A stretch of 64,000 bases of DNA from Strigamia acuminata (lineage: Eukaryota): contig OX442314.1 of NCBI GenBank assembly GCA_949358305.1, positions 7,378,001 through 7,442,000 on the forward strand, in the 5' to 3' direction. The notes beneath the pieces are model-generated. The model had not been told where the DNA came from, ran no database searches, and saw nothing but the letters and a program-made list of their open reading frames with translations. The number at the start of each line of letters is the position of its first letter. Position 1 is the stretch's first letter. A program made the translations under genes and the position numbers. Shown here in pieces: positions 1 to 13,887 of the stretch.

Positions 1-3000
1 GTTTCCACCTAAAGAAGTAAATTGTTTGTTGGAGCGTTTTATTCAAACAAGATTTTTTTCTGATCAATGAGAATTAGTGGATTCTCCGGTTGGATATTCC
101 TCACCCGAAGCTAAAATGCGTAATGAAGATCGGTCGTATTTTTTAACCCAGCTGTCGCCATGTTTGATTAACATGCGAATAGCGGTAGGAGCGCCGTAGA
201 AATGAGTTAACTTTAGACGTTGAACAGTTTCCCAATAGCGACCTATTAGTAATCTAATTCAATGTGATACAAATTACAACTTGATAATTATTTGCACCTG
301 GATCTGGATACAAAGGAGTGCTTTCAAACAACAATGTGGTGCCACCATTACAGAGCGGCCCATATATGACATAAGAGTGCCCTGTAATCCAACCAATGTC
401 TGCAACACAACCAAAAATGTCTCCTTCTCGAAAATCAAACACATGCTAAATAAATAAGTTTAAATTAATCATTATTAATTCATTATTCAAAACTGACATT
501 AACTCACTTTGTGACTGACAGCAGCATACAACAGATATCCAGCTTGGCTGTGAAGCAACCCTTTTGGCTTTCCTGTACTACCTGATGTGTAGAGCATGAA
601 GAGGGGGTCATTAGCTGCCATTCTCGCAGGCGTGTATGTGAGAGGAACATCAAGCATTTCCTGTGTAACAGAAATTGACATTAAGTGCGTTCTATTTCAA
701 ATCAAAAAACTGTTTCTCTCAATTGTCTCGATTTTCTCAGACACCAGGTACTTTTCCCTTATAAAAACCCCGTTAAGCCTATAAGTATAGTGGAAAACTT
801 ATAACTCTACCGGAGCTTACACTACAACTGAAAATAGCGTAGCCAATACTATAACTATAACTTCAAAATTTTAACCGGAACCCACTTTTACCTTACACTA
901 AATATAATATAAAAAATGTCATAATTGTAAGAAAAAAGTACCTGCCGTAAACTGTGTAATTGGTGAATATCGTACGGCAATCATTGCGGTGTTTGACGGA
1001 TGCGGCATTGCGTTATACCGCACTCATTGCGGTGTTTGGTGAAGACCGTACCGCACTCAAGAGAAAAAATTACCGCACAAACCTACTGTTCACCACCAAG
1101 ATGCCCAAAAAACCCTTCTGCTGTACCGCATCGTATACTTACACTTTGTAAGCAGCGGTCTCTAGGACCCATTGGTACTTTGGCACTCGTCCGTCGTGCC
1201 ACTAGAACGGTTTGTAGATCAGGACATAGTTTCACGGCTTCGTCAACTGTCGATTTCAGGTCTATTATTTTTCCAGCTCGCACAGCTTGATTCGTAGTTA
1301 TAAGAATCTTGGCACTGGCTTAAAAATGATCAAACATTTTAAATTGATTTTTGATTACAATTTTTTTTAAAACCTATACATACCGTCATTTACTCTTGAT
1401 GCTATCGCTTCAGCGCTGAATCCGGCAAATATGACATTATGAATTGCGCCAATTTTGGCACAAGCCAAGATGGCGGCCACAGCAATTGGTGTTGTTGGCA
1501 TGTATATGGCCACTGGGTCGCCCATTATCACACCATGATTTCTTAGTACATTTGCCACTTGGTTGGTTAAATGCAAAAGCTGCCTGATAATAATAATATT
1601 TTAAATAAATTTACTCCAGAAATGTCATAATACAGTCTTAATGGTCGTAAATTATTCACTCCCCATCATTGACTTATTTTGCCCCCATTACTCCTAACTC
1701 TAAACTGTATACTACCAGTAGGAGAAGTAGTTTTTATTTTTATTTATTTTAGTCATTAATATGACCATTTAAATTGATATAATTTTGATTGTTTTTTATT
1801 ATAAAATATCTTTTCCATTTATAAAATAAAATTGTATGCACTTTTTAATTTAAAAATCTTGTTTGTTCTGTTTATTGGTTGTTTTGTCAGGAAAGCAAAC
1901 AATTTCCTAACAATAAGTAATCGATTACAATGTCTGTACATTGTAATGTAATTCTGGCGGTTGGGTCTATTTTTTGGATCACTACACCAGTAAAATGGCT
2001 CGGCCAATGGGAGAAAGGACTCTTTTGAATCGAACAAGAGTATATTTCACTTCGATCCATATATCCATGTGCCAATGTGTTAATAATTAAGATTAACATT
2101 ATCATAAAATGTGATATCGAAACCAAATTTTAAAGTGATATTGATAGGAACACACTCATATTGGATTATGATCATTGAACAATGGATATGACTAATATGA
2201 TAACAACTACTCAGGTGACAAAGTGAAAGTAAAAATGAGTTGTTTTTATTAGAGAACAGTTGTGCATGGAATCTTGTACGAGAAGGGTTAGGCTGTTTGG
2301 GGTGCTGAGCCCCATACCTAAGTGTTGTATTGTGCTAGTGATTGTGCCATGATGTAAGAAAGGCTGAAACCACCCAAGGATCCACAACCAGAGTCCAGCA
2401 ACTGAACAGTAATTATTGAATGGTCATTAAGCTCTATGTTAAGTGATTCTTTTACCTTCTATTTATTGTAAATATTGTCACTTCTCTATTATTGTTAATG
2501 TTTTTTAAAGGAACACTTAAAATTTGAGTTAAATGAAGAGTGATCTCTGTGACGCACCGTATCGCTCGGTTTTGCGGTGTACATAACTCGAAAAATGAAC
2601 CGCAGTGGTGGTACGTCGTGGCATGTCCCGGGCCAAAAAGTACCGCGGTACAAGTACACAGCTAACCCATAAGTAATGCGGTAGTGCATATTTGTAAAAC
2701 GATACTGGCTGCGGTACAGTACGGTATCTGCATTACTGTACTGTATACCGTGCCCAACAAATCACAATGGCCTGTGCTTAATAAAATGTACAGTCGTGTT
2801 CAAAAAAACTGGACCCTCACTCTATGCTGGCAAAGTCGCGATCTCGTGTTTTCTCGTGGACCGCGAGATGTACCGCAAAAGCGGTCCGCGGTCCACGAAA
2901 TTTTAAAAGGAACGCGGTCCCGGTCCGCGGTCCAGGACCGGCCTTTTAAAAGTACCGCGGTCCCGGTCCGTACTTGCCGCAAAAGGAACGCGGTCCCGGT

Positions 3001-5626
3001 CCCGGTCCTGGATCGCCGGTCCAGGACCGGAACCGCGCACAACACTGTCAACGGGTGATAATACTTGTATACCCTTGTCTGCAATACAAGTATTATCACC
3101 TGTTGATGATAATACTTGTATACCCTTGTCTGCAATACAAGTATTATCACCTGTTGATGTCTAGTGTTTCACCTAGTGACAAAACACGAAATTACTCACA
3201 ATTTCAATTGCCAGCGTAGAGTGAGGGTTGAACACGACTGTAAATTTGCAATCCCACATCAAAAATATGGTTGTTGTACCACCAGAGGCAAAAACACCAT
3301 GAAGGAAGCCTATCAAAAGCTAAGGGAGCATTGTATTGACAATAAAAATAAAAAAGAGAATTTCGTTATATTTGGCAATAATTGGGGTGAATATGTTTGG
3401 ATGTAAAACCTCTAATGTGGGAGGTAAACATTAGAATAGAATAATAGATTTCTTGGAAGTTTTTGAGTTGGCGGATTTTAAGTCATTCTTGAGTGGAAAA
3501 TGAGTCAAAGATGAGAGTGATTAAAGCAAGTCCGTTTATAAATGCTTTAGAACTATCCTATACATGTCTAAATTCTGCAGAACTATCCTATACATGTCTA
3601 AATTCTGCAGAACTATCCTATACATGTCTAAATGCTGCAGAACTGTCTTATACGTGTCTAAATGATTTACAGAACTGTCCAATTCATGTGTAAATGCTTC
3701 ACAACTGTCCTAAACAGGTCTAAACACCTCACAGAACTGTCATATAATTGTCTAAATGATTCAGAACTGTCTTATACATTTGTTTTCATGATACAGAAAA
3801 TATTTTTAAATGTCTAAAATGTTCCAAATATGCATGTAAAATATTTTATTAATATTTTTAGCTGTCTAAAATATTTCAGAGCTGTGTATAAAATGTCTCA
3901 GGAATGCCATAACATTACCTAGGTGATCATTATTTGATATCTTTCAGATATGCCTTATCATCTGTCATCATATATGATAACAATTATCACAAAAAATTGT
4001 TACGTAAACATAGCAGCACGTTCTGGTACATTCTCAGATAACAACATTGATGTTTATCAATCTAATGTTCTGTCCCAAAATTAACCAAAAAATAAACTCA
4101 TCTAAATTCTCTTTTGGGCCCCCTAACACCATGGAAATACCACCCCACATGTAGGCTTACAACTAACTTATTTATACAGTGAGTCCCACACAATGAACAT
4201 TCGAGTTATGTAAGAACTTTCAGAGATAAGAATTTCAATCTTTGTGGCAGCACATGAGTTAACTTGCGTGCCGGTTGTTGTTCTTTTCAAAGTCAGATTA
4301 AAAATTTTCTTTTAATATGTACTTTTATTAATTTCTAATAAATAATAAAATATAGGCCTAACACCAACACAGATTCACCCTCACTATTACGGACAGGTCA
4401 GAGGACTTGTGAACGGGTTGTCAGAACGGAAACTTATTACTATATACCGTAAAACACCGAATTGTGGCCCAATCCATTTAGTTTTGTGCTTTAATTTCCA
4501 GTTTTGAGCCTAAAAACTAGTTTTGTGCTAAAATTCCATTTTTATGGCAAAAAAATAGAGTTTTTCCATGAAATTTCAGTTTTGTCCATAAAATTCCTGA
4601 TTTGTGCATAAAATTCCACTTTCGTGCATAAAATCCCAGTTCTGTGCATAAAATTCAAGTTTTGTTCATAAAATACAAATTTTGTTCATAAAATTCCAGT
4701 TTTGTTCATAAAATTCAAGTTTTGTTCATAAAATTCAAGTTTTGTTCAGAAAATCTCAGTTTTGTTCAGAAAATCCCAGTTTTGTTCATAAAATACAAGT
4801 TTTGTTTATAAAATTCCATTTTCGTTCATAAAATTCCAGTTTTGTTCATAAAATTCCAGTTTTGTGCATAAAATTCCAGTTTTGTGCATAAAATTCCACT
4901 TTTGTGCAAAAAATCCTACAAAAATAAGTTTATTTCTAATTAATCTAATTAAATACTTAGATCACGTAATTGGCTTAGTTCAAATACATCCCTGGGGAAA
5001 CAAGTCTCAAAAAAGATTAAACGTCCGAGTGTTTATTCAAACCTTTCCGTGTATATTCATATCCCACTAACCCTCTTTCAGCTCTAAACATCACTTAACA
5101 TTAGTTTAACACTAGTTACACTACTGCAATCACCCTCAACCAACATTTTTCCACCTGTAAGTAATTTTTTCTTCCTGACCCGGTTCATCTTTTTCCCATA
5201 TCAAGGCCACGCGATCAGGATGCTTCTCTGCATGGCGATCGACACAGTTCACTATCAAACAGGAAAAAAAATATCATAAATAAAGGTCAAAGATAACACA
5301 CACAAAAAAAATATTAAAATCAAAATATTATTACCAGCAACGTTCAACAAACCGCCGTTAAACCACTTGAATTTCCCCGTACGCATATCGCAGTCCGTAA
5401 CCTTATCGAAACGTTTAATCCACGTCAGCCTCGATTTGGCCAAAGTGCCCCAGAAACGGTCGGGATGTTTCAAACTGAACTCGTGCAAATCCCGGTGCGT
5501 TTTCAACGCTCTATCAGTCACCATGTCGTCGATTTCGGGCATTGCCGTGCTGGTTATGCGACGACAACTCCACGGACGACTCTGGCCGACGTCAACACGG
5601 CGCAGGAAGCGAAACACGGTCAGCAT
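1..5626 (-). CDS. ACSS1: Acetyl-CoA synthetase, mitochondrial type (5' exons; gene continues beyond the left edge)
   Basis: Exons approx. 5626-5335, 5252-5155, 1584-1384, 1318-1143, 661-509, 445-298, 243-9 with GT-AG ends. Motifs [33 protein letters not shown] (AMP-binding), [19 protein letters not shown]; Arg-rich N-terminus resembles a mitochondrial presequence. Confidence 0.93.
2791..3240. mobile_element. Tc1/mariner-like MITE (TIR CAGTCGTGTTCA..., TA flanks) with a GC-rich insert
   Basis: ta|cagtcgtgttcaaaaaaactggaccctcactctatgctggc ... gccagcgtagagtgagggttgaacacgactg|ta; shorter sister copy at 30439-30710. Confidence 0.75.
3545..3780. repeat. 30-bp minisatellite (cagaactatcctatacatgtctaaattctg)
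   Basis: Visible tandem units, degenerating rightwards, in ACSS1 intron 2. Confidence 0.85.
4490..4915. repeat. about 20-bp minisatellite (aaaattccagttttgttcat)
   Basis: Roughly 20 tandem units. Confidence 0.85.
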
Positions 5627-5923
5627 GTCGGAAAACAAGTGGAAGACAAACTGAACTTACGCCACGCATGTGGAAGAGTCCAATCACGATCCAGGTAGTG
5701 ACATTGCTTGTGTTTATTTACTATTTGTGTGGGAAAATCACACATTTCGACATTTTCAAACCCAAAATTTTGCACGTTTATTTTCAGGAAGGATAATAAA
5801 ATATGACTACATGTTTGTTTTGTTTTTTTTCAAATAACAATCGAGTCGTCCATTACAAAGTTTTTCCGTTTTTCAACACTAGACGGCGGCGATTGTTTAG
5901 TTCCGACAGTGCCCGCGCGACGA

Positions 5924-8498
5924 CTATGGCGTGTTTATTGTTTGGTTAAGACTATCGTCTGTTAAGAATTCGTCCAAACGGAGAGCTAGTGGGATTTGTT
6001 TGATGTCTAATGGTAGGTTTCCTCCTCTGGTGCTGCCGCAGAACGCAAGAAGTGTTTGGCGGGCTGCAAATAGTGTTTTTTGACGATCCAATGGCGTTCC
6101 AATCGCAGCGTTGACCTCGACCAGATCCAAACCGGTCAATAAACCTGTTGGGATTAATTTATTGTTTATTAAAACGTATCAGGACAACAAAACACAACAA
6201 ATGATTGCAAAATTATGACTTAATGCATTTGGCTCCACCCATAATAATGTTAACAATGTTAAAATGTAATTTTGCAATGGTTTATCTCCAACAATTGTTG
6301 CGATCACATGATCATATCACCTGAACTCATTTTACTAAAGTTCTTTTGAGCCAATATTATATTTTATATACAAATCAAACATGTTTGCGACCGGTGAATG
6401 TCTCACCTGTTTTAAATATTTCCTCAGCTAGGGTTAATCCTTCTCTCAAGGTGAGTCCTCCAGGAACTGAAATTTTAAAGTATTTTAAGTCATTCAATGG
6501 AATATTGTTGAAGATATTATACCACTGGTTCCTGTGCTTGGTGCCACAGTGCTATCGTATGCATCGATGTCGAAACTAACGTGGATCGGTCGATTTCGTC
6601 TGCGAAAATAAAATCAAGATTAAATTTTTGGCTACGCCACTGAAGTACAGCCGCGGCTACTATTCGAGGGCGACTCTTAAGGCTCGTTTACATTGTTGCG
6701 AAATTGCGTTTGAATTGATGCGAACGCGACAATTTCGCGCGTGAAAGTTCGTGTGGCAACCCTTCGCATGCGAAATTTCAGAGTAGACTTAAAGTCTACT
6801 TTTTCGCTTCGCATGGAAAGTTTGCACGTGTTGGCCAATGACAGACGATAGCGTATGTCGTCACCAACTTCACAATTGATTCAAAATGGCAGCACCACGT
6901 AGGACAAGTGAAACGAGACTTCACTTCATCACTTCTCTTTGCTTCATTGAGAACATGAGAAGCAAATTTCTTCATGCGAATTTTTGGGCGCAACCATTTC
7001 GCATGTAAACGAGCCTTTAATCGATAAAATACGGTGTTCATTACAATAGATTTCTTACTTTGGATTGACGGCATCCATTGCTCTTTTTGTAACCTCTAAA
7101 ATCCCCAATCGGTCAACATCCTGCATGGCGAAGACTTTAATGCCACATTTATCAAGAATCAACCTGCAATAAAATTATTCATATACTTCTGACAAAAGAG
7201 CCCTCTATTGACAATAAATGGATAAATTAATAGTACGCTACCTTTCTAATGGTTCCACATCTCTCAGACCAATGTAAACAATGTCTTTTCCTGTTAAACT
7301 GAAATTAATTTAATTTGGTAGACCAATTTGCATAAATTTATACGTTTGTTACCATGGTTTAATCCAGTCGAAACCAGGCAGATCTACTCGGTAAGGTTGC
7401 AATTCGTGTAAATGGAATGAATTGACCATTCCATGCATGTTGCCGGTGTTGGTGGTCGTGGCGGTGTTGATGTCCGCGTGCGCATCTATCCAGATTAAGC
7501 ACATGTCCGGCTGCACTTGAGCGTGGCCGTGGACAGTTCCGATGGCAATGCTGTGGTCGCCGCCTAGCGTCAACACCGGATCCCCATTGTGGAGAATATC
7601 TTGAACCTTTTCGGACACCTGCAAAAAACTCCCCAAATTAAAAAACTGTTTCAAAACTAGACTGGAAAAAAATCAAATCTGATTTGGTAATTCAGAACTT
7701 AACTGGAAAAAGTCAAATCGTAATTTGTTAATGGCAGAACTAGACTGGATACTAAATTCGTAATGCGCATCCATTCTGCGCACACGATTTTCTATTTCCA
7801 GTTGTTATTTAGCGGTATTAAGCTAAATATTAGGCCTAATAAAAATATTTTGCTACCAGCTGTAAATTACTTTTAATAAATAATCCTATTACTTTATTTT
7901 AGCATTATTAGGCCTAATATTAGGCTTAATACCGCTAAAAAACAACAGAAATTAGAAAATCGTCTGCGCAGTACGAATTCACGTCTAAACCGATTCAAAT
8001 TGCAATTCGAAACGAAAATTCAACGTAATTCAGTACCTGTTTACAAGTGTAACCAATAACTTGAGGATTTCGAACTTTCTTCACAACCAATTCTTTATTC
8101 GTATATTGGGCTTCAATATTCCCATAATCAGTAACCGTATATCCTATAAATATAAAATCAGACCCGCAGAGGTCAAGTTTATTGGACTCCCATCCAAATA
8201 ACACGCATAAACAACAAAATGAACTCACTTTTGATGTTTCCCACATCGTTTTCGAGCGTTTTAATGAAATTTGTCGATCGAATGACATCGGGACCGTTGC
8301 CCACGCCGAATTTTGGCTTTAAAATGATAAATAAATATTTTAGAATAATTTTTTGTTAAAAAATTGCTTTGGAAATACCTGTCCTTTCGACAAATTGACA
8401 CCTAGTACGCCTAATCGGGGCCCGGTTATGCCCGTTGTGTGCAGTTGAAGGTGTTGACATATTCGGTGAACTGATTGGTATCTGGTGGAAAAATTCAT
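5924..8498 (-). CDS. Arginase, catalytically canonical paralogue (9 exons)
   Basis: [64 protein letters not shown] all present; GT-AG introns. Start codon 8498 is the first in-frame ATG (uncertain). Confidence 0.92.
6680..7016. mobile_element. PIF/Harbinger-type MITE inserted into a fragment of another MITE
   Basis: tta|aggctcgtttacat ... atgtaaacgagcct|tta: 3-bp TTA TSD and TIRs; the flanks match the ccgtatttt MITE family at 30146-30359. Confidence 0.75.
7776..7971. mobile_element. Foldback MITE in arginase intron
   Basis: ctgcgcacacgattttcta...gcggtattaagc..aatattaggcctaataa mirrored by ttattaggcctaatatt..gcttaataccgc...tagaaaatcgtctgcgcag. Confidence 0.6.
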
Positions 8499-8785
8499 GC
8501 TGCAGTATTTGGTGACACTAGAGTGACTGCAACAAGATTTCAAGTTTATCTTTAAGATGTTGTTTGCAATTGATAGTCATATGGTGATTCATCATCAGCT
8601 TAAATAGAAATAATCGGAGAATGTTCATATCAATTAAAGAGGTGTGTTATTGGTCATTTTTATCGAAAATGTAGTTGGTTTTTATGGGATACCGTAGTAA
8701 TTAATTTGTAAACATCCATCTTATGAATTTTAATTTTATAAACTGGTGTGTAAGGTATACCAGTAACCTTTGCAATAATTGTAAA

Positions 8786-9630
8786 GGTGTATAAAAATGT
8801 AAAAGTGTATAAAATGTAAAAGTGTATAAAATGTAAAAGTATATAAAATGTAAAAGTATATAAAATGTAAAAGTGTATAAAATGTAAAGGTGTATAAAAT
8901 GTAAAAGTATATAAAATGTAAAAGTATATAAAATGTAAAAGTGTATAAAATGTAAAGGTGTATAAAATGTAAAATGGTATAAAATGTAAAAGTGTATAAA
9001 ATGTGTGTACAAAATGTCCAAAATGTATAAACTGTAAAAGTGTATAAAATGTAAAAGTGTATAAAATGTAAAAATGTATAAAATGTAAAAATGTATAAAA
9101 TGTAAAAATGTATAAAATGTGTGTACAAAATGTACAAAATCTAAGTCTGTACAAAATGTAGAAAATGTAAGTGTACAAAATGTCCAAAATGTATAAACTG
9201 TAAAAGTGTATAAAATGTAAAAGTATATAAAATGTAAAAATGTATAAAATGTAAAAGTGTAAAAAATGTAAAAGTGTATGAAATGTAAAAGTATATAAAA
9301 TGTAAAAGTGTGTAAAAGGTAAAAGTGTATAAATGTGTGTACAAAATGTACAAAATCTAAGTCTGTACAAAATGTATAAACTGTAAAAGTGTATAAAATG
9401 TAAAAATGTATAAAATGTAAAAGTGTATAAAATGTAAATGTGTATAAAATGTAAGTGTACAAAATGTAAAAGTGTGTAAAATGTAAATGTGCATAAAATG
9501 TAAAAGTGTATTAAATGCAAAAGTGTATAAAATGTGTGTACAAAATGTACAAAATGTAAGTCTGTACAAAATGTAAAAAAGGAAGTGTGTACAAAATGTA
9601 CAAAATGTATAAAAGGTCAAAGTGTATAAA
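8786..9630. repeat. 17-bp minisatellite (tataaaatgtaaaagtg) between the two arginases
   Basis: Dozens of tandem units; source of spurious F/Y/H/I/L-rich ORFs. Confidence 0.92.
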
Positions 9631-9745
9631 GATGTTCGAGTGTGTGTAAATATTCAAGTTAAAAGACATACATTTATTAGTGCAAAATTTACATATGTCT
9701 ATTTTATTATCACAACAGCGGTAAATTTGAATTCGAATAATTTTT

Positions 9746-12700
9746 TCAGATGTTGGCAAGTTTTGAAGTCTGTGACTCAATTGGAATAGACTTAATGTCG
9801 AGCGGTAAATTTCCTCCTCGGGAATTGCCACAGAAGCCAATAATTGTTTCGCGAACAGCACAAAGGGTTTTCTCTTGATCCAATTTTGGTCCCACTTTCG
9901 TGTTCACTTCAACTATATCCAGCCCAGTCAATAATCCTATTGTAGATACACAAACAAAATTATACCTTAAGGTGGCCAGAAAGGCCTTTTTTACAAGACA
10001 AATGCATTTTTAGGCGAATAAAAGGCTTTTCTAGATACAAAAATGCTTTTTTACGTACAAAAAGGCTTTTTTTAGGTACAAAAAGGCTTTTTTTACGTAC
10101 AAAAAGGATTCTTTTAGGTACAAAAAGGCTTTTTTAGGTACAAAATATTAATGTGAAAATATTCAATTCTCAACCTGTGTTAGCAATTTCCTCGGCAAAT
10201 GTTAAACCTTCTCTCAAAGTCAGTCCTCCAGGAACTTTTAAATAAAAAAAATTAAAATAATTGCCATTCATTTGAAAACAAATTAAATAAAAAAAAAACC
10301 TACATCCAATTGCAGTGCTGGGTGCAACAGTAATGTCGTAAGCATCTATATCAAAACTCACATGAATCGGACGATTTCGTCTAATAAATACGAAAGCAAG
10401 ATTAATTCTCACGAATACGAGAAAACACCCAAAAATAACCGCAATTCTCTTTTAGTACAAGCTTCCCTCACCAGTACTACGTTTACATGCACCGAATATT
10501 TCGAGTGAGATGAAATATTGAGTGTGCACAACTGTCATGTAAACAGGGATGACATGGATTATTCGAGTAGTGAATAATCCCTCGCAGGAGGTTGTTTAAT
10601 TCGAGTGAACTCCAACCATTTTTATTGCGCATGGGCGCACAACGGTGTAGGACCACATTTGCGATGGCCAAATTTGCGATCGCGAAAATTGGTCTCAAAA
10701 TTGGGACGTTTTGAATTTGCGGCGAATTAAAAATAAAATTAAATTAAAAAAAAAATAAAATAAGGAATGATCTCGCATTTTCGATGGACCAAACTTGCGA
10801 TGGACCAAACTTGCGATGGACCAAACTTGCGATGGACCACATTTGAGATGGTTCCAAATTTGTTCCCAAAATTGCAACGAATTAAAAATGATCGCAAATT
10901 TGCGACAAGTTTTAGCTGTTACACCCGTCGTAATTATTTCCATATTACATTCTGTCCAAAAACGTATTGAAAATCACTAAAAATGACCAAAAATGTGCCC
11001 ACAACTTTAACCTTAATCATTAAAAAATTTCACACTTGATTTGCTGTTATTTTCTGTTATATTCGATACATTTACGGCCATTTTAGGTCGTTTTCGCCAC
11101 GTTTTCGGTCATTTTTGGGGGCGGAGTTCATTTCTGCCAGAATCAATTCCGCCGGTTCCAAAACCGCCCCTCTCTGTCAAAAAAAGTTGAAATTCCGCCT
11201 CAATGCAATTCAAATCCGCTCGTCCCAATTCTGCCCCGAAATTTAAAAAACGACCCACCGCCCGTGCCCAGTCCGCCGGACACTTCTGACACGCTGCACG
11301 CGTTCCGGTGCGGTCCACGGTGCCGGTGCCGACTCGCCATGGGTTTGGTGAGGCGGTCGTGCAGCGAGAACATCTGGCCGCACACGGGACACACGTACGC
11401 GACGTTCGAGACCGGCGGCATGTCCTCGATGACGGGGGACACCTCGATGGACGCCAAGTTGCTCTCCGAATCGCACAACAAATTGAGCAGTTTGGCCAAC
11501 GGGTCGGACGACGAGTCCTGTTTCTTCGGCCACTTTGGAAACGAGAGCAGCGGCGAATGATCTCCCCATCCGAGTGGCTCCTCCGTCGCATTTCGAGCAG
11601 GGACACGCGAAGCTGTGCGCGTGGTTTGTCTAGGTTTCGACGGCGGTGGATGAGGTGGACGAGTTGGAGTCGTCAAAGGAGAAGGTCTCAAATACCGCTT
11701 CGTCTAGGTCGCCTTCTGACATGGCCATGCGTGGAGGAGGAGGAGGAGGAACTGCTGTACGGGTTGCTCGAGTCGGCCCACCTGCTCCTGCCTTTCGAAG
11801 GGCTCATCATATCGTTTTTGTTGGCACCGATCTGACTTGACAGCTTGTCAGGCGCAAATTTGGGAGGTCGCAAATTTGGTCCGCGCAAATTTAGGATCGA
11901 AATTTTAGCGATCGCAAATCTGGCCATCGCAAATTTGGAAAGTAATCACGAATTATTTTCTTCGTGTAAACACAACAATTTGATTTTTTCACCACTCGAA
12001 ATATTCTGTGCATGAAAACATAGTGTAGGTGAATGTTCTAGGAACCTACCTGCCATTAACAGCATCCAGCGCTCTTTTGGTCACTTCGATTATCCCCAAC
12101 CGATCGACATCTTGCATTGAAAAAAATTTAATTCCACATTGTTCAAAAATTAGTCTGTAAAAATCACCCAGTATTGTATTATGTACACTTTGATTGCACA
12201 TATATTGCTTACCTCTCTAAAGGATCCACATCTCTTAAGCCTATGAAGCAAACTTCTTTTGCTCTAACACTAAAATTAGATTTAAACAACGTCTTGATTT
12301 AATTTCTGTGGATTATTAGTTCTAACTCACGTTGGTTTCAACCATTCAAATCCCGGTAAAGCCATATTGTTATTGAACTTTTCCAACTCGTACACATGAA
12401 AAGAGTTAGCCATCCCGTTCATATTGGATGTTTTACTAGTCGATGTTGTGTTGATGTCTGCATGTGCGCCGACATTAATCAAACACACATCAGGCTGAAC
12501 TACAGCGTGGCCATTTATGGACCCGATTGTGACGCTGTGGTCGCCACCTAGTGTCAAAACTGGGTCACCATTTCTAAAAATCTCCTGCACCTTCAGAGAA
12601 ACCTAGAAAAACCAAACAACAAAAGAAATAGTTTAGAAAATGTTAAATATATATTTTAAATAAAAAATTTGTTGTTAAATTTAAATTTACGTCAGTAAAA

Positions 12701-13387
12701 TTCCGTTCCGTTAATTTAATTTCATCCCATAAAATTAATTCAGGGATTCCCACGAAAATAAATCGGGGAATTATGAAAATAATAATTAAAAATAAAATTT
12801 AACATTTTTTTTGCAATAAAAACAAATTTTTTAAATAAAAATTGTCGGTTTTTGCGTCTTTTGGTCTGACGAATCTTATTTTTCACAAAACATGGCGCGT
12901 ACAAATTTAACATTTAAAATACCGGAAACTCACTAACCCTTTCACAAATATGGCCAACCATTTCAGGATTCCAGACATTCTTTACTAGAATATCACGTGT
13001 ATTTACCGGTGTCTGAATGTCTCCATAATCAGTTACAGTATAACCTGCAAATGGAATAAAATGGAATCAAATTATAGGATTTGTTTTGTGTTTTTTACCC
13101 AGCTCGTCTTCCAGTGTTTTAATAAAATTGGTTGTTCTAATTGCTCCTGGTCCATATTCCACACCAGCGTTTGATTTCTAGCAACGTTTTAGTCATTAAA
13201 TCAGTCTGATTGACCGATAAATGTTTATATTTACTTGTCCTTTGGCTAACCCCACTCCGAGAACTCCAAGTTTGTGGCTGTTGTTTGATGTGCTTAGGTT
13301 TAAGGCCTCGCTTGTGATTTTTTTCAGTCTGCGAAATTTGTTGGTGAAACTTAAGACAGAAGATTCTCTAATGTTCATTGTAGACAT
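9746..13387 (-). CDS. Arginase-like paralogue with degenerate active site (9 exons, ORF intact)
   Basis: Same exon layout as the neighbouring arginase; [36 protein letters not shown] kept, but NVGAHAD replaces WIDAHAD, SNMNG replaces GNMHG and PSTAI replaces PSTGT. Confidence 0.9.
10475..12025. mobile_element. Composite TIR element in arginase-like intron 6 carrying a captured C2H2 zinc-finger gene fragment
   Basis: Outer IR actacgtttacatgcaccgaatatttcgagtg / cactcgaaatattctgtgcatgaaaacatagt; inner IR atttgcgatggccaaatttgcgatcgc (about 10657) / gcgatcgcaaatctggccatcgcaaat (about 11935); GC-rich core. Confidence 0.7.
11270..11840 (-). pseudogene. Decayed C2H2 zinc-finger transcription-factor exon fragment
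   Basis: IEVSPVIEDMPPVSNVAYVCPVCGQMFSLHDRLTKPMASRH: C-x2-C-x12-(H->P)-x4-H; GC-rich island in AT-rich surroundings. Confidence 0.65.
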
Positions 13388-13887
13388 GTGGAGTTTGTTT
13401 TTTAGTTAATTGAATTCGTAGAAATCGTCCAGCCAGAATAAGACGAAGGTATCTTTCGGACACTGTTTGCTTTCCATTTTACAATTCTTTTGCTTGGGAA
13501 TTTTTTATTTCACACGAGTTTCAGGTGGAGAATTTGGTGTTATTATTATTATTATTTTTTGAAAATGAAAACATAACGTGTTTAACAATATTTATTTGCT
13601 ATTGTTGATGAATTTGTCTAAATTGAATATTCGGATTTGATTTTAGGTAGTTCATCAAAGCTGTCGTTGGGTGTCTCTTGAAGTTGTGTGTTTATCAAGG
13701 AATCACAAATTCCAGCATAGTTGTGAATACTAATAAACGTAGGTCAGAAGCATGTTTACATTCACAACTATACTGGAAAATGTAATAATTAAAATTTAAC
13801 TTTGGTTTGTTGGAATTGGTTGTATGATATTAAACAGAGGATGAAATAAAAAGACAATTTTTATTCTGATTTATATTTTATTATATT

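Noticed and set aside
1887..2126. 79-aa ORF resembling a small secreted peptide
   Set aside because: Most of it is the end of a TATACTC-family MITE also found at 46540-46716 and 32163-32257, where the frame is not conserved.
8660..9620. Overlapping F/Y/H-rich ORFs up to 286 aa
   Set aside because: Products of the 17-bp minisatellite.
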